Shown: one piece after another, positions 52,654-64,000 of the stretch
How positions within the stretch are numbered: the stretch's first letter is position 1
Layout: the number at the start of each line of letters is the position of its first letter
Origin: Raillietiella orientalis
Lineage: Eukaryota
Direction: 5' to 3'
Assembly: GCA_036172245.1 (NCBI GenBank)
Contig: JAYWIR010000007.1
Location: forward strand, 1,240,001-1,304,000
DNA: 64,000 nt
The notes under the pieces: model-generated
What the model was told of the DNA's origin: nothing
What the model saw: the letters and a program-made list of their open reading frames with translations, nothing else
Databases searched by the model: none
Translations under genes and position numbers: made by a program

Positions 52654-55600
52654 ATGAAACTTCCTATCTTTTGTGCCCAAATTCTATTCACAGCTTTGGA
52701 AATAAATGGAGAAATGTTCACCTCAATTGCTAGCGTAGAAGATCTCTCTACAATGTACTCTGTTGTTACGGATAGAGTGCACACTTACCTCTATGAACAA
52801 GAGAATAATCTGGTGCTTCTCAAGAGGTTTGGTTTTTGGTTCATGAATGATATATGTGTATATATGTGTTTTGTTGCTATAAAGACATTTGACTTGATAG
52901 ACTGCTAGATTTTCACTTTCTTGATAGAAGAACTACATTTTTTTTTTTTTTTTGAAGATAAAACCACGTTTTATGGTGTCGCTTTACCATTCTAAAAAAA
53001 ATCGTTCGAAAGAAAGAAGGTTTGCTGGCTCGACTTTTGTGAATATTAATTTAATTAGTATCTACAAAAGAACGAGTACTGATTTCAGTTTGTAAAATGC
53101 GCCCGCTAAATCAAAGGCTGATACGCCTTAACGTGAGCTGTGAAAGGTCAATAAAGTGCATTCGTTCTTATGTTTGTTTGTCTTCTTGGTTCTCTCCTTT
53201 TCAATGACTTCTCACATGCTAGCAGAAAATAAAATCGGGAAAGATTTTGCAATGTGACTCCGAACATCCGTGTGCCACATATCAGAATAACTTTGGCTTA
53301 CAGAAACGGAAACACTCTCATGAAAGCTATATGAAAAAATTCCTGCAAATTCATAGTACACTAAGAAGCCCAGTCGTGACCGTGAGAAAAACAAAGGTAA
53401 TTTGGCGACGAAATTTCATCAATAATTCACTGAAGTTTGGAATCAAAGATTCTCCGTGTACCATCGAATTCCTTCTGTTATGAGTCCACACATCCTCTGT
53501 CCGTTAAATCCATTACGAAGGTCTTTGGAGAATTCAATATTCCCTATGATTTGTTCTCATGGAATTCTTCTTGTAGTCGATTCACCCACGCAAAAAATTA
53601 AAACACGGAAGGCTTCAAAAGTGTCGCTCGTTCGCCTAACAACGGTCCAGAAATGTTCCTTCAGCAACCGAACGGCTTGGAAACCCAAAAGCCTCTCTCA
53701 AAAACACCTTCCCGTTCGGAACCCGAAATCTCCGAGAAGCCCTCCTTGTTTTACACCTAAACCAGCCAGGAATGTCTTCGCTGATGATTATCATCCTTAA
53801 TTGAAGGCCGCAGATTCTCAGTGCACGAGCACGTGTGTTGATATTTGCCGAACCAACCGCTATGAGTTTCCATTGAAATGAGTTTGAAAAAAATTCACAT
53901 ACTCATTTAGGAAAAATGCGTAGCATTGACTTACACATAGCGAAAATATGACTTCTGAAGTATCGGAATTTCGAAATGTGACATTCATGACTGGGTAAAG
54001 CTCTGGATGATGCACATGTGTCATGATTAATAGGAACCACTATGGTTACACCAGAATAAGTATCTCCAAAAGCAAAACGGCCAAGTCGCATGACAAGAAG
54101 AATAGATAAGATACTTATTGCTTGGTCGGGAAGCATCCTCTGGAAAAGCGGTACCCTCCATGTTATCAGTTCCTGTACGCATGCTCTTCATTGTACAGAT
54201 TCCGTTACAGAGGGATGAGGAGCATCTACAGCATCACAGCTTTGCCTTCTCTCCTTTGACACTAGCAGTATCGACTGGTTCCCCTTTCTGCTTGTAGATC
54301 TTTGTGCATTCCTTGTGTTTTTTACGATAATTTTTGGAGCCAATCGAGAGTCACGTGATACGGTCGAATGGGATGGCAGCGAGAAATTCCTTTTCCTATT
54401 TTCGGTTGGAACCGCTGATGTTCGAATGCAAAATAAAGTTAACTGGAAGTGTAAAAGCATTTTTAACCTGGGAAACGAAGTTCCTTTGGACTTTTCGCGG
54501 AGACGCAGTTTAATGGAACAAGGATGGGAACACAAAAACGAAAATGTTTTGGAGAACCGATGTTTGTAGGCGTATCAAATTGTCCAGAAAATGACTTATG
54601 GAAAACGAGGTCCAGTGAAGGGAAACGAAGGTGCACAAACATGCTGAATTCTTCTTGGAGGTTACAAACAAAAGGCGCACATGGCTTTGGAAATGGCCTG
54701 ATAGATAGGGTTGCATTGTGATGAATAAGATGGCGGATGCAAATTCTGTGGCAATTCAAAGAGAAACTTGCTTAAGTAAAGATAAGGTGTGAAGCAAACG
54801 ATAATGAGTAAACGAGGAAAAGAATTGTAGCAAAGGATTTTTGAGATTCGAGAGTATTCAAGAAGTAGAAACAGTTCGTTGCAGCAACCCAGATATCTGA
54901 TACTGATGGCTCCGATGAGATCGAGAATATCTTATTTGGTTAAATATCTTTAAAAAATTTAAGCATGAGAGTCTCGCAAGCGAAATGCATTGTACAAGTG
55001 GCATGATGAAACCAATGAAGTCGAAACACTCAATTCCCAATCCGAGGGACTTCCAATCACTCAGGAACTCCAGAAAAAGAACAATACTCATCATAAATAA
55101 ACGAAAAGCAGTAGTCAAAACATATTACAGAGCGAAAATAGGTAGCCTGTCAACTAAAACCGCTAAATTTGAGGCTGGGACGTAGAGTACTGAAATAAGA
55201 GGTAGGTCTGAGGAGGAGAGTAAGGTCCACAAGTATACAATGTCACTGCTTCCTTTTATAAGCGTAGTCCACGTTGGGGAGCATACTGGTAGACAAAATC
55301 GAACTCCAAGAATCCCAAAGAACCTTTGAAGATTCGTAAGGAGGAACGAAGCGTGGGAGAAGGTTGTGCGAGCGCAGAAAGGAAACGTTGCAACAGCTTG
55401 GACTTTTGCTAGAAAATCGGAACCCGTTGCTTCCGAGTGCACACATCTTCTTTCTTCATCTTGTTGCACTTCATGGAACAGAATGAAAAACTCTTCGGAA
55501 AGATAGAACCTCATTTTGATTTTTTGTTTACCAGGTGTCTTCAATCGCAACCTCCTTTCCTAGCAAGCTCGTAGTGAATGGAAGACCAGGTGAAGCACTT

Positions 55601-58600
55601 TCGTTCTGCTACCCGTATCGCAAAATGGACGACGACCTAGAAGCCACGAGAACCAAAATTCCGAAAGGATATTTGTGGATCGATTTGAATAGGATGTTCC
55701 CGTCATGACTACTGATTCACCTAATTTAACGACAGCCCATTCTCTCCAATCATGTACTCGGAGCGTGGATCCGTTGCTTCTTGTACATTCAAAACTGGAG
55801 ACTATTTACGGAGAGCTTGGGTGTCGTGGCAAACCATCGGAGGGAAATGAGGACCTGCCGAGCACTGGTTTCACCGCGCCACATCGAACGAGTGTTTCTT
55901 CCAAGCTAAATGATTTCTTGTATGCTGTAAAAGCAGTTTATCTGTGCCCCTTGTTCGTGTGAATTCCAATAGGATGTAGTTCGTTCATGAAACCGGTGAT
56001 CCCACTAACCGGGCGAAGCTTGACATTCCAGCTCAAGAAGATGGTTGACTCAGTTTGTATAAAGAATGAAGATTCCACGATGAAGATGGACTTGAGAAAG
56101 AATCTTTGCATTGTCATCAGATCTCCGCTCTTCCACGAAGGAGTCCTTAGTGGTCCTGATTTTCACGATGGCTGTGAAAAGAAGCATTAGATATGGTGCG
56201 CACCAAACAGGGTGCCACCATCATCAACATCGCTTCTGAGTCCTTCAAAGGAGTTGCTTTGCATGTGCCATTCTGAATTATGGCTAGATGCTGTGATTTG
56301 GAGCGTCAATCCTGGTCGTAGCGTAGATTTCTGGGGAAATAATTTGATTCATGAGTATCCATTTTGACTCCTGCGATCGACCCTACCAAGAACTATTTAT
56401 AAGCAATAGTTGTAAATTTGAAGTTTGAAGACCGCCATCTTATCCAGAGTTCGTGTTCATTCATTGCTTGCCATGATTCTGAAATTAACATGCAAGTCGC
56501 ACTTGTGTTTACCAACGGAAAGGGCATTTCGAATTTTCTAGAGACGCACTAAGAAAGCTGTTCATGACATCAAAGCACAGATATAGTATGGTGCGATGTT
56601 TCCATATTCGATGTTTCTGGAATGAATCGGCACTCAGCGCGCAGAGTGGCGAATAGCAACTACTGACAGGGTGTTAGTTGCAATATAATGCGTAAGGGAA
56701 ATTTAAATATAAAGGGCGTGTTACCCAGCTATGGAAGTTCGTCCAGAAATATGCCCAGTAACGAAGATGGCGAAACTAACGAAAGTTTGCACACGATAAC
56801 CTCTTAAAGCGAATTTAATTCGGAGACTCAAAACACGGATACAGTCTTTACGTCGGCGCATAATGAAAATGTGGGGGAATCATGAGCATCTGAACTTTCA
56901 CCGAAAAGACAGCTGTTGACGCCTCTGAAAAGGGAAGAACGTGCGTCGAAAGCACTAGGGATCACAAAGACTTTGCACGCAATGTAGAAAGCTGGCACGC
57001 GATGCACCTTTGAAAACCCTTCTTCCGCACGCAGAAGGACCTGCGAATGGACTGTAGTGAATGAATATCCGCAGGTCTGGTTTCCGCCGCGCGCGCGAAA
57101 CAGCCGCAACGGGCGAGCCTACTCGCTAAGACTGATTCCAGGAAGCTGCAGCAGTTTGACGACATCCTCAACAAGTCGAAAGACGACTTTGAAGAGTTCA
57201 TTGCAAGCCCCATCCACTGTTATATAGCCATCCGCACGATAGTTCGCGACTGGCCAGAGGTTCGCGATTTGCTACCGAAGAAATACATTGAAGGTACCCC
57301 GTTCGCGGGAGCTGTGGAACGCCACGTGGCGGAACCGAAAGCCGGTGCTGATGGAGGAAATTCTTCCAGATATCGACAAAAAACTGGCGAACAGGTTCGA
57401 GATCCCCAACCAGGAGGATCTGGACGGCGCCATGGCAGCCATCGTACGCTTACAGTCCATATACCTGTTCCGCGCGCGAGACATCGTGCACGACAAGGAA
57501 CTTCACACCCTGGGGAGTGGGGCCATTCTGACAGGTATGGCGTGAAGCAGACGCCCCGTCCGCTTCCTCGCCCCTGCCTGGACTTCCCGTTTGACCAACA
57601 GCTTGGGATTGCTACCAAATCGGAATGTCTAGCAGGGAAACGAAGCGAGCTCTGGACTGGGTGAGGATAGCGCTGAGGAAGTACAACGAAGAGAAGTTCA
57701 AGACTGTCGATTTGGAGGAGGTCATCCACTCGGCCGCCCATCTCACTTGGGAACTAGGCAGGGCGGTGAATCCCGCAGGCCCGGAGACCCACGTTTGACT
57801 TCCAGGGAACACACGAGAAGCGCTGGCGTTCATCGACTCCTTGCTTTACTGGAAGCCGAGCAGTGGCATCGGTCTCAAAGACAGACTGTTCTTCGAGGAC
57901 GAGCTGGAGGACCCCACCTCCGTTCCGCAACGGAAATTCCAAAGGGGCTCCCTGGAGCAACCGCGCGACTCGGACGAGCACTGCAGCTGCACGTCAGAGG
58001 TGAGTCCCGAACCCGAAAGGCAGACAGCGTTGGGAGGAGGTCGCCATGCCGCTGCCACCGCCACCCGGAGCGTGGCTAAGGCGAGGGCATTCCCGACGCG
58101 CTCCTGCGCTTGGCTGGGAGGAGAGGGAAGCCGCTGCGGTCGCCGTCACCATGGTCTCGCCTCACACCCTCCAAGCTGATCTTGCAGGGAGGATACAAGA
58201 CGGTTAACCCGGAAGACTCCAGCAAGTACGAGAACTACGCCGAGCTGTGTAGGGGCACGCGGCTGCTCCCGGTGGCCGAAGAGTCTACCCTGCGCTGCCG
58301 GTACTACTCCAATGGCCACCCCTACTTTCTGCTGGGACCCGTGCGGCTGGAGGAGCTACACCGGGACCCTGATCTGGTCCGCTTTTACGGAGTGACCACT
58401 CAGAAGGATTTCGAGGAGCTCAAGAAGCTCGGGAAGGAGATGGGGGTGAGCAGGCACAGGATGAGAGGGGAGGGGGAGAGGGGGGAGCTGCTGGTTGCTG
58501 CCTGCGCGAGGGCTGACCCGCGAGTCCTGAAACCGCGAATCTGCCCTCCTTTGCAGATGTCTCGATCGAATGTGGTCTCGTCCCGTGGCCCGGTCACGGC

Positions 58601-59326
58601 CAGCTACCGCATCAGCAAGGTATTGTGGCTGCCCGAGACTCACACGACGGTCCAGAAGGTACGGTGCTTCGACCGCGCCGCATCACGAACCTAGGGGCAC
58701 GCGGGGGGCCACAGCTGGACAGGGTGGTGGCGACCCTCTCGGGGCTGAAGGAGGAGTCCTCCGAGCTGCTGCAGCTGGCCAACTACGGGATCGGAGGCCA
58801 CTACGACACCCACCACGACGCCAGCGGGGCAAGTGATCCGCAGCGAAGGGTCTCCTACTCACCTGTGCGTTCCAGGACGAGGACAAGTCGGCGGTGTTTC
58901 CTGCCTTCGGCAAGGGGGACCGCCTCGCCAGCTGGCTGTTCTATGTGAGGTCCGGGGAGCAAAGGGGGGGGAGGGAGGGGAAGAGGAAGGAACGCGAGCA
59001 CGCATTCGCCCACCTTCCTTGCAGCTCAACGACGTCAAGGCGGGAGGTTACACCGTCTTCCCGAAGCTGAAGGTGTACGTGCAGCCAATTGCCGGGTCCG
59101 CGGTGTTCTGGTACAACCTACTGCAGGACGGCTCTCTGGACGACCTCATGGACCACGCGGCCTGCCCCGTGGTGTGTGGAAACAAATGGGGTAGGAAAAA
59201 TCCCGCCACAGGGACACCCTGCTGGTTCCTTCCCCACCAGCAAGCAACAAATGGATTCACGAGTACGGCAACGAGTTCGCCAAGAAGTGCCAGGGGACGC
59301 AGGGCAAAAGCCGCTTCCGGATCTGA
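52654..59326 (+). CDS. P4HA: Prolyl 4-hydroxylase subunit alpha, ~544 aa (exons 52654-52826, 57142-57293, 57370-57534, 57602-57757, 57806-57999, 58188-58445, 58557-58658, 58715-58828, 58876-58944, 59025-59190, 59241-59326)
   Basis: Signal-peptide-like N-terminus then EMFTSIASVEDL; PNQEDLDGAMAAIVRLQSIY; YAELCRG; LQLANYGIGGHYDTHHD (HxD); GDRLASWLFYLNDVKAGGYTVFP; DHAACPVVCGNKWASNKWIHE. Eleven exons total 1635 nt in frame. AATAAA at 59398. Confidence 0.93.
54300..56500 (-). mobile_element. Decayed L1/Tx1-like RT inside P4HA intron 1
   Basis: Ordered remnants SFVEERRSDDNAKILSQV (GFV.GR.I.DN-like), FFGILGVRF...WTTLI and SLGLGIE. Confidence 0.4.
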
Positions 59327-60619
59327 CGCTGTTGCTGGTCCTCGGAGGTCCTTGGCTGATGGAGGAAGAGCTCGACGCCTCGGGCGCGTCGCACAGTAAT
59401 AAAAGTTGTCGTGCTTTTGGTCTGCGAGCACCCTAGGACTCCGTTTCGGGGCTTCCGGCCGGGCGCCGCCGCTGCCCCTCTCTCGCTCGCGAGTGCCATC
59501 CGGGCGAGGCGCCAACCCACGTGCGGGTGTGCCGGCGACAGCGCTCCGTCGCTGCCCCGCCGCCTTCACTCCCCTCGCGCTCGCGCAGCCCTCCCGCTTG
59601 CTACCCGATCCTCCGGAAGACTTCCCTCTCTCCTCCCCGATCCTTGAGCACACTGACCCGCGAGTCCTGGTCGATCCGAAATCCCCCCGTGGGCAGGCGG
59701 TGGGACGGGAGTAGAGACTCGCGACTACGCTCCGGGGGATCCATCGCGCGGACCTCGGCTCAACGAGATGTCGAGCGAATCGCCCGCGCACGTGCCGAAG
59801 TGTCGCCGCCCCCGCCAGCGTCGTTAGCTGCCCTCCGACGAAGCCGTTGGGCAGCGCGTCCGATTCGCCCACCGGCGCCTAGCTGAGCCAACCTAGCTGC
59901 GCAGGGAGAGCCCCCGACATTTCGTGATCGTGGAACGACGTCGCCGGGCTACGCGGATAAGAGAGAGAGAGGGGGGGATGCTCGTCCTTGTTCGCAGCTG
60001 CGAGCGAGGGTTCCTGCAAACGCCGCAAGCGAGACGCGTCCCTGAGGCATTTTTCCGTCCGCGAGAACTCCCGAGAGCGACTGCTCGAGAAGGCCTCAGA
60101 TGGGATGAGATTCCCCTAGAAGCATTCGACACTGCGCCACGATCAACTCCATCACGCCAGTACCAGGACGCAGCGTGACAGCGCAGTCGCCCGTGATACA
60201 CGTTTTTGTCGCCGGCGGCGAGGACTGTCGTCGTGCAGCATCAGGCAGATGAGAAGCACCGGAAACGAAGTCCTTGGGCCGAAAATAAAGCGGGAACACA
60301 CACACGAAAGTGAAGAGGATCATTGCGAGACGCACGGGAACAGATGTGCATCTGGCTCCTTCTGTCTCCCGAACGACCCATCAGATTGCTTCCTACAGGA
60401 GAAGTCGGCAGGCAGTTTTCGCCCTTCTTGCCCTCTTGCTCCGGCACCTCTACGCCTTCTTTCCGCGCGCCGTTCATTACCACACGTTGTCTTTTGCGCT
60501 AGGAAGGTCTCCGAGTTGGCTTCTCTCCCCCACACTCCGGGAGCGACCTTCCGGAGTGGCGTCGGCGGGCACCCTGGCCACCCGGCTCGAGAGAGAGAGA
60601 GCGGGACTGCTCTGCCATG

Positions 60620-63200
60620 AATCTTCTGTCGCAGGCTCTGTAACTTAACTCCAGATTGCCTCCAATAAAGCGATTTGGTTTCTTTTGCACTTTGCTAAGC
60701 TCAGCGAGACTGGATATGAGAAAATGGAACTTCCGGTCATCTGCTTGTTTATGGCCTCCAGCCGCTCAAGTACTCATCTCAGGAATTTGGAGGATTTTGA
60801 TGGGTTCCCACCTTCAGTCTTTGAGGGATCGCAGTTATTGCAACAGATGGGCCGTCAGAGATTGCACATCCAGGGATCCCCATGTCGTCGTCTCCATCTC
60901 GGACCCCGGCTTGCTGGGAATCTTTCTGTTCACGTGAGCTCTCTGTCGGCCGTGGGCACTGAACAGAGGGTCTCCACCAGCACGGAAAGGCAGGCCTCTA
61001 CGAGCTCGAGTTCTCCAGCTGACCTCAGCTTCCCTGCTCCGTTTGGTTTGGGAGGGGAGGCAGTGCAGCAATCACCCGAGCCAAAGTCTGCCTTCCTCGC
61101 CTGTTTTCCGCTTCCATCTGTATGGAGTACCTTCCTGAAGAAAAATGATGTCAATGGACATGGGAAACGCCAGCTCCTTGTTCTTGTCCCAAACCAAACA
61201 AAGAGGAGCCCCCGTGCTGCATCGTTCTGGTGTTCCCATCCGTCACCTGATTTCCGAGAGGTGGTGCACAAAACAAAGCTGCTGCAACCCAAGTCCACAG
61301 AGTAATAACACTTCTGGGCAACTTCTCAGCCCAGAAGAAGAAGGTCTGCTTGCCTTCCGAATATGCCTGAACTATTGGAACCTGCCGTGGTTTGAATTCC
61401 GCAGGGGTGGCCGTGCGGCGAGTCCACCGTTCTCGAGCTCAGGGCCAAGACTGCCCGCCAAAATTTCCCCAGTCGCCTCTACATCATGGCGGCAGAACCG
61501 TATGCGAGACAGAAGCTGGTTCCCACCAGCAATCACCTCCGGAGCCGATCCACTACCTCCACACTTGAAACGTTTTGGTTCTTCATGTGGCGTGCCATTT
61601 CTTGAGGTGACTCCCTACGAAGCAGTCAGGGTCCACGCGTGGCTGATTAGTGACTACGAATCATCCACGTGCGCTGGATCGAGGCTATTGTGGCGCACTC
61701 GGAACAGGTGGATCGGTGGTCCACCGGATAGAGGAAAATCTTCATCCTATCTCGTGGATACTTGATGGACTGCTCTCACGGCTAGCGGCAGAAGTGGCGG
61801 AAACTTCTTTTGAAATCAGCAGATTTATCCACGCGGGTCGATTCCATTATGCGGGCATCATCAAACCAGGGATGACGCTGGTGCTCAGGCAGCGGTGCAT
61901 CTCACCACCTACTGAACGCTTAGTGCATACACGTCCTATCACAGCCAGAGCAATGAAACCACGATCACTAAAGGACATTTGCCAAAGGGCAGTCCTAGTC
62001 AAGAAGGCTACCAGGAAACATGGGAAGATGGTGTCCTCTAAATAGCGTGTATTCCCGGGTAGAACTCCGAGCTTCAACCAGATCACGGGAGAAGGGCTAG
62101 TGACTGCACAGGACTTCTCCTGCCCTTCAAAAACGCAGTGGTGGCTCTGGAAGAGTCGAGACAGAGGAAACAGCGCGCGTCTCGGGGACTGACTCTCTAT
62201 TTCTCCTCCAATTGAAGTGCCCGCACCATTTCAGCAAAGAACGGTGCTCCCGGGATATACACGGGAAACATTGGTTAAAATCCTCCCTTCGTAGCGAAGC
62301 TACCCCTGGAAACCACCGTCTCCTAAAGAGGACGATCCGAAGGAAACCACCTGACTGTGGAGGCGATGCAGAGTTCCCTTCCTTTCGTTTTTTTATGCCG
62401 CACCCTCGCTTCTATTTTCAACACGACCGTAAACAGCAGAATGCGAATGGAAGTGCTTGATAGCGCTGCTCGAGGGGTGCTGTGGTGATTTCCCAAGTGA
62501 CCTTTTTTCGGAAGACCCTGAGGCGATTTCGCGCTGAGTTGCGGTCCCGTGCATTTAAAATTCCGTCACGTCAAAAGTGCAAGCAGCTGGTGGGAGCGAT
62601 TTCCAGCATCCGTTCAGCCTAGAGGCTTGGATCGACCAGTCTTCTGGGAGAACCCGTCGGAAGGACCTGCTCGCTTCGGGACCATCCTATACTCCCATCT
62701 TGTGTCGCCCGACCTGTGCAGATTTTCGTACACGCAAATGATGTTCAAAAGGGAATGATTCGCGGGATGCAGACGAATGGAGGAGAGTTGCCAGCCTGTT
62801 CCCCTCCCGTCCCTTCCCTCCAACTCCTCCTGTTGTTTTCTAAGGCCCGTCCTTTACGGGCGATCATCCCATCCTCTGTTTTCAGTATGCCCTTCGGCAC
62901 CACTGTGTCTTCGAGCGCTCTCCGCCTCTTCTCTGATGTGCTCCATCCGCTCCTTGGGAATTTCCAGCTCCCCCAACTCTTGTTCGTTTCTTGGATGGCA
63001 CCTTCCGGAACAGTCGCCTCTGCAAGGAGCACCTCTCTAGAGGCCAAGTGCAGGGGTGGCCTTCAACACTCGCCCTCCTCCCCTGTCGTGTCTCCTCCAC
63101 CGCCGCTGACGAACGCTCGTGAGGGCAACCCAGTGACATCCAGCGTGGTGACCTTCCCGTCGCCGTGGCGCAATGGAGCCGGCTTCTCGGCTTCGAGTCA
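60620..63200 (-). mobile_element. Decayed L1/Tx1-like ORF2 (endonuclease and RT); ORF1 may extend to the window end
   Basis: KVTTLDVTGL (~63125-63155), GAIQET, LLNIICVY, GILNARDR, then GIPGCAIS and YWRQSGVKL remnants in order. Confidence 0.5.
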
Positions 63201-64000
63201 TCTGGTCGTCGCGGCCATCAACCCCAGCATTTTAGAGTAACCCTTTTGATCCGGACCGCCAGCTCGCCTGTCTCTCCACGACCACTGTCTGGTCGTTGAC
63301 TCTACTTTGGAGGATGTGACCCAGCGAATCTGCCCACCTTCCGCGCGCTCTCTGCGATGGGGGCGACTGTCGCCGCCACCGCTGGGAGGTGCCCGCACAG
63401 ACACGCAGAAGGTCGAGCTGCAGCGCGCATGTGAATCTGCGAGCAAAAGGTGTTCTTCGATGGATGGGGTGTGGCCATACGGAGGTGCGATGCGGACCAG
63501 AGAAGAATGAGGTCTCCCCGTGATCCCAGGGTTCCGCGCGACTGGGGACGTCCGAGGCAATTTTCCTTCTCGAGCTCCCCCAATTCTACCTCCATTGCTT
63601 CCCTTACTCAGACGTCCATTTCACCGCGACTCTTCAGGACACTTGCCATCTCTCCTTTCGGGTACATCGGAGGACGCTGACGGGTTTGTCCATTTTCCGC
63701 TGTTCGTCCCGGACACGAAATCCCCCTTCCCCTTCCCAGTTCCGCACCTAATGGAGGCTCTCGTGACCATTTTTCCACCACCGACCGCAACTCACCCTGC
63801 ATTCGGATCGCCCACCATCCACTTCAACAGAGGAAGGAACGAAGGAAAAAGGAGAGAAATCTTTGGCCTTCCAGGCTTGATCTACGCCCACAGTTGCCGT
63901 TGACATTTACAGCGTGAGCCCGTCACATGGTCACCGTAGGTTCGGAAATCGACAACTCAGCACCATAATTATCTCGCACCACAAGGTCCAAAGAAGCTTT

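Overview
Eukaryotic (metazoan, probably arthropod) nuclear DNA with very short spliceosomal introns (many 39-55 nt) and a sharp mosaic of GC/CpG-rich and AT-rich blocks. Five intron-containing genes were reconstructed by hand: an EVG1/UPF0193 homolog (-, first exon unresolved), an IRSp53/BAIAP2-type SH3 protein (+, partial), a sphingosine kinase (-), a PRPP-synthetase-associated protein (-) and a prolyl 4-hydroxylase alpha subunit (+). Much of the remaining DNA is decayed L1/Tx1-like retrotransposon sequence, plus a mariner-derived MITE with long inverted repeats and a possible hAT relic. The most notable observations are two separate 35-nt U2 snRNA 5' fragments that stop at about the same nucleotide (one with an L1-type TT/AAAAT target duplication), an AATAAA + CCCGG-N5-CCGGG hairpin found three times at convergent LINE 3' ends, a candidate intronic C/D snoRNA, and two GC-AG introns in the P4HA gene. 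There are no CRISPR arrays, rRNA or tRNA genes. Family assignments rest on motif recognition, not database searches. Most long six-frame ORFs in the GC-rich blocks look spurious.
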